From positions 40,610,001-40,674,000 of the forward strand of contig OZ024743.1 in the NCBI GenBank assembly GCA_964016885.1: a stretch of DNA of 64,000 bases. The letters run 5' to 3'. Shown one piece after another: positions 54,988-64,000 of the stretch; the first letter of the stretch is position 1; each line of letters begins with the position of its first letter. The position numbers and the translations under genes are program-made. The notes beneath the pieces are model-generated. The model searched no databases. It was not told where the DNA came from and saw nothing but the letters and a program-made list of their open reading frames with translations. The DNA comes from Eledone cirrhosa. Its lineage: Eukaryota.

Positions 54988-55793
54988 AGCACACACACAT
55001 ATATATATATATAAATATAAATAAATAAATAAATATATATATATATATATACTGGTAGTCTGCTCAGTACAAAGTTTGACCACACCAATGCACATGATGC
55101 TCAGTTCTGGCATGAGATCTTATGTGGCTTTTAGTCCAGATATACTTTTAAAAAGTCATCTAAATAATTGCATATTATATATATATATTTGATTATATAA
55201 ACACACACACACATGCGCACATGTGTATGTGTACTTACACTCATACCTATATATATAAATATATGGATGGTAAACTGACATTGTGTGTTTATAGTGTATA
55301 TATAACTGTGTGTTATATTGGCTGTATATTCATAAAATGAGGTTCTGTTTAATAATATAAAAGTAAATTATAAAGTTTGCCAGAATTTGAAATATTTAAT
55401 TTTTGAATGGAATATATGAATACTCTTGAAAACATTTAATAATAAAACTACTTTAAATGAAACCTCTAATATCCATAATTTTTTCTCTGACTGGCTTATC
55501 CAGAATTTTTTTAGTCTTTAGTATATGAACGATTTTTTATTTCTAAGTTGCTATGTATGGTTCTCTGAATGGTAAGTATGTTATAGTTATATTTTCAGTT
55601 GACATCTTTAAGTGCCATTGAGTCTATAACATTTCTGAGAGAGAGAAAGAGAGACACAGATAGATACCAATAGAAAGATATATAGTGTGACTGTGTGTAT
55701 ATATATATATAGAGGGTGCATGATATTGTGAGAGGTTATGTGTGTCAGTGTGAGAGAGATGAGAATGAGGAATATAGATAGATAATATCTGTG

Positions 55794-55846
<53 letters not shown>

Positions 55847-55869
55847 ATATGCCCCCACCCCCTCCCATT

Positions 55870-56139
55870 GCAAAGAGGTCGTAGAGGTGCCACAGCAAAA
55901 AAAGCACCCAGCCCACACTGTAAAGTGGACATGTACGTGCCATGGAAAAAAAGCACCCAGCACTCACTGTAAATGAGGTTGGTATTAGGAAGAGCATCCA
56001 GCTGTAGAAATTAAGCCAGAATCAGTTCCCGTATGAGCAAGACAAGGTCAGCTGACTGGACACTGCCCACAACAGGACAACCTGTCTAACCCATGCTAGC
56101 ATGGGTCAACGTACGTAAAACGGTGATGATGATGATGAT
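55870..56139 (+). mobile_element. SINE family 1 variant 3' portion (tail ...acccatgctagcatgg...)
   Basis: Two internal units, ggtattaggaagagcatccagctg and a (TGA)n tail. Confidence 0.8.
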
Positions 56140-56333
56140 ATATATATATATATATATACATACATTTATATATATATATTGTTATACTTTGGGAGGGTCA
56201 TGTTGCCAATAAGAAACACACGCACCAGTTGCTTTCACTTCAATTTATTATATATTTATAAATTTATAAATTTATAAATTTATAAATTTCTGGTTGGTTG
56301 GTTGGTTCCACAACCAGATAGTTGTTTATATAT

Positions 56334-56378
56334 AGTCATAGTTATTTCGTCACACACTCTGTGACCTCTTCAGTGACT
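56334..56378 (-). ncRNA. Type I minimal hammerhead, family A (left arm)
   Basis: AGTCA-CTGAAGA-G-GTCACA GAGTG TGTGAC-GAAA-TAAC-TA-TGACT. Confidence 0.55.
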
Positions 56379-57727
56379 GGGGATTCCTTTCTTTGTTTCT
56401 GTGCCTCTCCTTTGTTCTGTCCTACGCCATTTTGTTTCTGTGTGTGTGTTGTGTGCTCAGTCTGCGCATGCGCCACATCCGGGTGTCTGTGTGTGTTTAT
56501 GTTCATTTATTTATTTGTTTATTTACATGTTACTGGTTGGTTGTTTGTTCTATGTGTGTGTGTGTTTTCATTTTGTCCTTAATTGTAAGTTGTGATGTTG
56601 CTGTTCCACTCATATTTTCTATTTAATTTTGGTTGTAATTCTTTTATGTTTATTGCCGCTGTAATTTGTCTAAACATTGCGTCTTTTCTGTGTGTAGTTT
56701 CTATTTTTATTTCTATGTTCTCTAATTTACCCTTGTGTTCTATCTTAGCATGTTGGTAGAGTACAGATGATTCTTTATTATCTTGAAGGTCTCGCCAGTG
56801 TTCATTTATCCGTTCCCCTATACTACGAGCTGTCTCACCTATGTACACTATATTTTTGTCTCTACATTGTCCTTCAGTACATCTTATGCTATACACTACA
56901 TTTCTAGTTTTACAGTTAATATGGGGGCTTATTTTACAGGTTATAGATTTCTTATCTATACATGAGGGTCTTTGAAAAGGGTATGTCTTGCTAATAAGTG
57001 TTTTTACGGAGGTACCTGGTCTTTCTACTATCTTAATATTGAGTTTATGTTTATTACATAAACTCAATATTAAGATAGTAGAAAGACCAGGTACCTCCGT
57101 AAAAACACTTATTAGCAAGACATACCCTTTTCAAAGACCCTCATGTATAGATAAGAAATGTATAACCTGTAAAATAAGGCCCCATATTAACTGTAAAATT
57201 AGAAATGTAGTGTATAGCATAAGATGTACTGAAGGACAATGTAGAGACAAAAATATAGTGTACATATGTGAGACAGCTCGTAGTATAGGGGAACGGATAA
57301 ATGAACACTGGCGAGATCTTCAAGATAATAAAGAATCATCTGTACTCTACCAACATGCTAAGATAGTATACAAGGGTAAATTAGAGAACATAGAAATAAA
57401 AATAGAAACTACACACAGAAAAGACGCAATGTTTAGACAAATTACAGAGGCAATAAACATAAAAGAATTACAACCAAAATTAAATAGAAAATATGAGTGG
57501 AACAGCAACATCACAACTTACAATTAAGGACAAAATGAAAACACACACACACATAGAACAAACAACCAACCAGTAACATGTAAATAAACAAATAAATAAA
57601 TGAACATAAACACACACAGACACCCGGATGTGGCGCATGCGCAGACTGAGCACACAACACACACACAGAAACAAAATGGCGTAGGACAGAACAAAGGAGA
57701 GGCACAGAAACAAAGAAAGGAATCCCC

Positions 57728-57772
57728 AGTCACTGAAGAGGTCACAGAGTGTGTGACGAAAGAACTATGACT
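57728..57772 (+). ncRNA. Type I minimal hammerhead, family A (right arm)
   Basis: AGTCA-CTGAAGA-G-GTCACA GAGTG TGTGAC-GAAA-GAAC-TA-TGACT. Confidence 0.65.
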
Positions 57773-60394
57773 ATATATAAACAAATATCTGGTTGTGGAA
57801 CCAACCAACAAACCAGAAATTTATAAATTTATAAATATATAATAAATTGAAGTGAAAGCAACTGGTGCGTGTGTTTCTTATTGGCAACATGACCTTCCCA
57901 AAGTATAACAATATCGGTTTCAACACACAATTTCAGATAAAGAATCTTGCTAAACAAATTCAGAAACGAAATATATATATATAGAAAGAGTGAAAGTGTG
58001 TGTTGTGTGACAGAATGAGAAAAAGAGGACTGAAGGATGAAAATGAAAACTTAATGAATATATTAATAATATGGAACAAATATTTATGAATGAATTACTT
58101 ATCCTAAATATTCTAATATATACTCTCTTCTGCATAAATATTTCTTATTTAATGGAATGGAATTGATGTCCAACTATGTTGACAATCAGTGTTCCAGTTA
58201 TTTGATCAACAGAACAGCCTGCTCATGAAATTAACAAGCAAGTGTCTGAGCATTCCATAGACAGGGCTGCTTTATATAATTCTCAGTTGGATTCAGTGTG
58301 ACAAGTCTTGTCCGTTGAATTACAGGTACACTCTGTGTTGTATTATAGTGTAGGTTGCCCATCATTCAAATGAAACATAATGTGACAAGACTTTGGAATT
58401 ATAAGTACAATCCATTTCATGGCCTTATAAAAAAAATTCTTTCTATCCAAACTCACTCAGGAGGATTGGGTTGATTTGGTGTTTTGAATGAATGCTACTC
58501 ACCCAAAATAGCATGCATTGAAATCAAACCTAAGAGCTTATGTTTGCAAAGCAAACTTCTTAACCTTTCAAACATACTAGTCTACACACATACACACAAA
58601 TTACATTCACAAGATTTTAAATATATATGTGTGTGTGTGTGTAATTTGTAATTAATAATTTGTAATTTGTAATTTGTAACTACTTGCCAGTAGTACTGAT
58701 TTATCAAAAGACACTTTGAAGTAAACAGTGTCCATTAATATCAAATATATTGATTCTATATATAGTATATGTGTCCTTAACTCAGTCCATATTTTGTGTG
58801 TTTATCACACAAATCCACAAAATTAGCATTTATATGTACATATCAAAGGTACTCAGCTAGTGCCTTTTGTGTCACTACTTAGTTTCCACAAGCAATATTA
58901 TTTGGTAATTATATTCTACAGCCTGCATTGAGTAATTCTTTTTGTTGATATTTAATTATATATATATATATATACATATATACGGTGCGGGGGTGAATTC
59001 AGGTATCAAAGCCAAAGGTTTCATGTCTGTATGCTTACAGCATTGTTATATAGGTGTTTTTCATAGACAATATATGGAAGACACATTTAGAATCTAGAAT
59101 AGAGCCATCAGTAGGATTTGTCAAACATTAATGTCTCTTTGAAAAGTTTTCTATGCTGAAAGTTGAATTGAAATTTATCCCATTTTATTTGTCAAGTTTA
59201 GAGTCAATGATAATGAAATTACAGATTAAATCAATGTATCTCAACTTTTTTCTTCTACCCCACTTTTGATTTTCCCAAAATCCTGTGCCTAACCACAACT
59301 GGATAAAATTTGTGTATAGTATAGTACTAAGTAGCAGAAACACTAATCTATCATGCTTCACGATAGAGGGGCATATGAAGGGATATATGATATGTCCATG
59401 TATAATTAACATAAATAAGTATGGCTGTAGGTTTTTAATCTGTGATCATGTTGCATCTGCTTTAGTAGATGGAACATGATCAAATTTGTGTGTGAGATGA
59501 CAAATTCAAATTGTCATAGTAAGATATATCTATGTTAATTATATACATAACACATGTACTTTTATATACACACCTAAGATAGCATAGTGTATATGCATCA
59601 TTCTCAAGCCCCTTAGCCCATCTTCGGACACACATGCTTAGATGGTCTGTTCATTTAATCACACCTAAAAGACAGTTGCTTGATAATACTGCATCAAGAG
59701 TTGAATCAAGGAAAGGTCTTGCAATTTAATCTAATAAAAATATATGAAACCTGCCTGAAATATGTATGAATGGAAGCCAACATTGTCAGCAATACTTCAG
59801 AAGGTGCGACCACCAAACAAATGACAGTGGAAAAGTCTGGTTGTCAATAGTTTCGAAGAGTATGAAATCGAATACATAACATTCTCTCAATCAAAATATG
59901 TTGAATGATATATGGAAGCTATTGTAACACTTTCAGAATAGATTTCAAAGCAGCCCAACTATGCGAGATCTTTGATCATTTGTGCCTTTCAAATGGGGTT
60001 TAATTAGATATGAGCTTTAACATGCTATATATGATTTTGAAAATTAATATATCTTGATTTATTTTACATGTGGCATATGATGATTTCATATGCTGCTTGG
60101 TTGATTTTACATGTCTTCTGTTCCAAAGGTGTGTTAAGATGCTATTTTAAAGTATCCTACCACAATGAATAAATTCTAGCAGATAAGCTAAAATATCCAA
60201 CATATGAGATTGGTTGCAAGCAATGTTCATTCTAAGAAGCATAGACCCTTTGAAATCTTGCTATTTCTATTTCAAGTGTATTTACTAAGTGTTTGTTAAA
60301 AATTAGAGGGTACATTGGTTATACATCACTGGTTAACTTGAAGAGGCACACACACACCACACACATATTCATATATTATATATGTTACATATAT

Positions 60395-60640
60395 CATCAC
60401 TGTTTAACGTCCACTTTTCCATGCTAGCATGGGTTAGATAAGTTGTCCTGTTGTGTGTCAAGCCAATTCAGATTACTATGTCTTGCTCATAGAGAACTGT
60501 TTCTAGCTTGGCTTTTACAGCTGGATTCCCTTCCTAACCACATTTACAGCTTGGACTGGATGTCTTTATAGCGGCACCAAAATGATCATTTTACAGTGTG
60601 GACTGGCAGATCGGGAGCTTTATATTATGTCACCAACATG
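60395..60640 (-). mobile_element. Old SINE 3' portion
   Basis: ttaacgtccacttttccatgctagcatgggttaga...cagctggattcccttcctaac. Confidence 0.7.
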
Positions 60641-60671
60641 TTAAATTTACATATATATATATAAATAAAGT

Positions 60672-60781
60672 GAAGGTGCATGATTTAGTGGTTAGAGCAT
60701 TGGACTTGCAATAAGGAGGTTGTGAGCTCGATTCTCAGACCGAGCGGTTCATTGTGCTTTGAGCAAGACACTTTATTTCAT
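60672..60781 (+). mobile_element. SINE family 1 head
   Basis: gaaggtgcatgatttagtggttagagc...gagctcgattctc...ttgagcaagacactttatttca. Confidence 0.8.
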
Positions 60782-61642
60782 GATGCAACGTTTTCAATGA
60801 TGGAGTTAGTGCTAACCATTCCAGGATCTTTGATACATACATCACTGCATATCTCTCCCATCTTCACTCCAGGGAGTACAATTTTAGGTCTTTCATCTTC
60901 TCCCAGTAGCTCATTTCTTTCATTGAAGCAATCCTCTTTATGTAGCTTAGTTGGATTGCTTCAAGTGCTGCAGTTAATTTGACACAGTAATAGCCCAATT
61001 GGCTGAAGAAGAAAGTCCTCCAGAGGAACAACATGATTTCCGGGTCTCTGGTCCTGAAAGAACTCAGAATCCAACCCCTCAGTCTTCTGCACTTTGCCAT
61101 GACTTTGGTGATGTGTGCATGAAAAGATGCATCATTGCTCATGTTAATACCTAGTTCCTGTATTGATTTTACTCAGGAATTTTGCTTCCTCCTGGTCTAG
61201 TGTACCTTTGCTGTTGTGGTCCTAGGTGTGTGGGTTGATAGTAGAGGGTTTGGATGTTAGTTGCATATTGTTGTCTTCAGCCCGTTTGTTTATGACTTCT
61301 AAATCTTGTTGTAAAAGTGTAGGATCAGCCAGTTTTTAGATTGCCTGAGCTACTTTCATGTCATAGCTAAGTGTGGCTGTCTGTATTACAGAGGGAATAT
61401 CTGAGTGAGCCACCACAATCAGTAGTGGATCCAAGATGCTTCCCTGTGGCATGTCTCTTGTTATTGACGTTTCCTTTGAGCAGAGCCTGTTGGCCGCAAC
61501 ACTCAGGCTTCTATCTTTTAAGAAGTCATGAAGCCATTCACCTAGTTTTCCAGCTATGTCCAAACTATGTAGTTTCTGACATATTATTTCATGATCAACC
61601 TTATTGATGGCCTTTGCAACATGGAGATATATCACATCCATG
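60782..61642 (-). mobile_element. Decayed CR1/L2-group LINE RT fragment
   Basis: DVIYLHVAKAINKVDH...WLHDFLKDR...PQGSILDPLL...SFHAHITKV..KC...GWILSSFRTRD...MSYWEKMKDLKLYSLE. Confidence 0.85.
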
Positions 61643-62161
61643 TATATATATATATATATATATATGGGAATATTAGACAATTCTATTAATATAATATGTA
61701 TGGATTCATGTATATATATATATGAATGTATGAACAATCATTCACAGATGCACAACAGCAAAATCCCCATTTTATACGCATTCATCATGGAGATTCACAT
61801 ATATACATGCAATGGACTACGAGGTATATTACAGCTAAAACACCTAAATATATGTACAGCAAAAAAAATAAACAAAACACTTTCTTAACAATACTGAACA
61901 CTTGTTGTTTTGGATAGAACAGAAAGAGAAATGGGGAGAGAGAGGGCGAGAACAATAATAAAGTATGTAAGGCTCCATTGCAGAAGGTTTTCATTCATTT
62001 CTCCATATTGAGTTCAGATTCTCATTTCATTTATCTCCCAACAAACTTAGAAATTTGTTGTATGTGCAGTTATCCACATATACACACTTGCAGAATTTAC
62101 ATATGTATATATATATGCTAAGATATTAACTGAAAGAGAGATATAGGCTGTCCAGATATGT

Positions 62162-62242
<81 letters not shown>

Positions 62243-62792
62243 AATAGATATATATATACATACATATACAAATAGATACTATACTCATACATGTATGTAT
62301 GTATGTATCTATGTATATATATATATATATATATATAGTATCTATTTATATACATACATACATATATAAATAAATACTTTATACATACATATATATATAT
62401 AGATACATACATACATATATGTGTGTGTGTATGTTTCATTATAAGTATATATATATAAACATAAATACACTCTGACTTAGCACTGAGTACTTATATAGGT
62501 ACTATCTCAAATAAACCCAGAAAGGTACCAAAATTATTGTAATGAAAGAAATGCAAATATTTTAAATTGTTATTATTGATTCTTCTTAAAAGAAATATAT
62601 GTAATATAAAGAACAGAACAGACATACACTCCTGCAGCTAAATTTACATGCAAAAATACCTGTATAATACATGCTCATTCATATAAAACATATCTGTATG
62701 TATATATTCATACATGCACATAAATAACTTTGTAAATATGTATGCATGTATAAATATGCATATATGTATGCTATTATGTAAACACATATTTA

Positions 62793-62895
<103 letters not shown>

Positions 62896-62933
62896 TTATT
62901 TATATATATGTATATATATATATATCTGTATGC

Positions 62934-63015
<82 letters not shown>

Positions 63016-63019
<4 letters not shown>

Positions 63020-64000
63020 ATAATAATAAATTTGAAGACTAAAATCCAAAGAGGGCTCGATAAGGATAAATATATATCAAATATATAAGAACCGTAGAGC
63101 AAATATTTATTAAAATAACAGATTAAAGTTTAAGCAAAGAATCGCTGCTTTCACCCTTAACGAGATCTTCTGAAACTAACAAAGTCAATCTGTAAACGCA
63201 GAAGTGGATATTTCAAAAAACGTTGCAACGGGAGGTAGACAGGAAGACGATACTTTGGTTCGTGGAAACGTTCGCTGGTGAAGAACGGGAAAAAGCGAAT
63301 ATAATACGTCATTAATAGGAGCGGTGAAAAATAATTACGTGCAAAGACAGAACCACGTTTATGGTATAAAAGAGGTCGTAGACTAATGTTCTCTTTGGTG
63401 GTGCATAGAGACGTTCTCTGGCAATGAACAAAAAAAAAACGAAGATAATACGTCATATGAGGAGCGTGGAGAAGAATAGCACGCAAAGACAAAACCACGT
63501 AAATGGTATAGCAGAAGTCGTAGACTTAAATTCTAAATAGGAGACCGAATGAATCTCCGCTACAGAGTTAAGAACAAAGTAAATAAATACAATACAGAAG
63601 TAATAGAAATAAATAAATACATACACGCAAACAAATACGTACATACACAAGCATACGCAAAAAGTTACCATAGGTATACAAAACCACGCACATATAAATA
63701 TGTGTGCGTGTGTATGCGTGTATACACATAAATAAATAATTATATAAACGTATATAAATAAATAAATACTTATATAACAAGCGCACACACATACCTACAT
63801 GTAAATATACGAATGTTCGGAGACGTAAGTCAACCAAAACATGAAGTACACAATACACACACCCTACATACGTACGAACCTGCATACTCACACAGACGCA
63901 AAACTTCCGTATACACATAGCCAAACCATATGTACCAGAATATATAAAATTATACGCCATAACAATCAAATATACGTACCTTCACAAAACATACGGGTAA
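63016..64000 (-). mobile_element. PLE-type family C 3' region (probably continues beyond the window)
   Basis: 63016-63158 matches 35705-35849. Hammerhead-like CAGAAGA-TCTC GTTAA GGGT-GAAA at ~63149-63172. CpG-rich, with a 142 bp-period duplication (~63262-63384 and ~63405-63526). Confidence 0.6.

Larger units (their letters stand above)
56178..57970. mobile_element. PLE family A near-perfect 1.7 kb palindrome (arms 56178-57050 and 57056-57912; tail to ~57970)
   Basis: Mirror GIY-YIG ORFs 56579-57118 (-) and 56988-57527 (+), 5 nt spacer TTATT, TA on both sides. Same family as 1209-3320. Confidence 0.95.

Noticed and set aside
56579-57527. Two 179 aa ORFs as independent nuclease genes
   Set aside because: Their N-termini are antisense read-through across the palindrome centre. 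They are truncated PLE ORF ends without RT.

Overview
This is eukaryotic, very AT-rich, repeat-dominated DNA. The SINE/LINE content resembles octopus (cephalopod) genomes, which is an inference. No intact gene is recognisable, and most entries in the ORF track are artefacts of (TA)n/(CA)n microsatellites. Recognisable content: tRNA-derived SINEs of two or three families, decayed RTE- and CR1-type LINE fragments, a 5'-truncated R4/Dong-type LINE inside a (TAA)n array, a probable MITE, minisatellites and one plausible acidic terminal exon on the minus strand. The main signal is roughly 15 insertions of Penelope-like retroelements (PLEs), from at least 7 sequence families, in or beside (TA)n arrays. 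Most share one architecture: (TA)n - inverted copy of the element's 3' region starting at a family-specific fixed boundary - sense copy - 60-95 nt tail - (TA)n. The resulting hairpins range from about 40 bp to 1.7-2 kb. About ten foldable type I hammerhead ribozyme motifs lie in these elements, several with non-canonical stem II closure. A small RCTC...GAGY hairpin recurs at the start of the tail in otherwise dissimilar families. Ribozyme folds were paired by eye and many boundaries are approximate.
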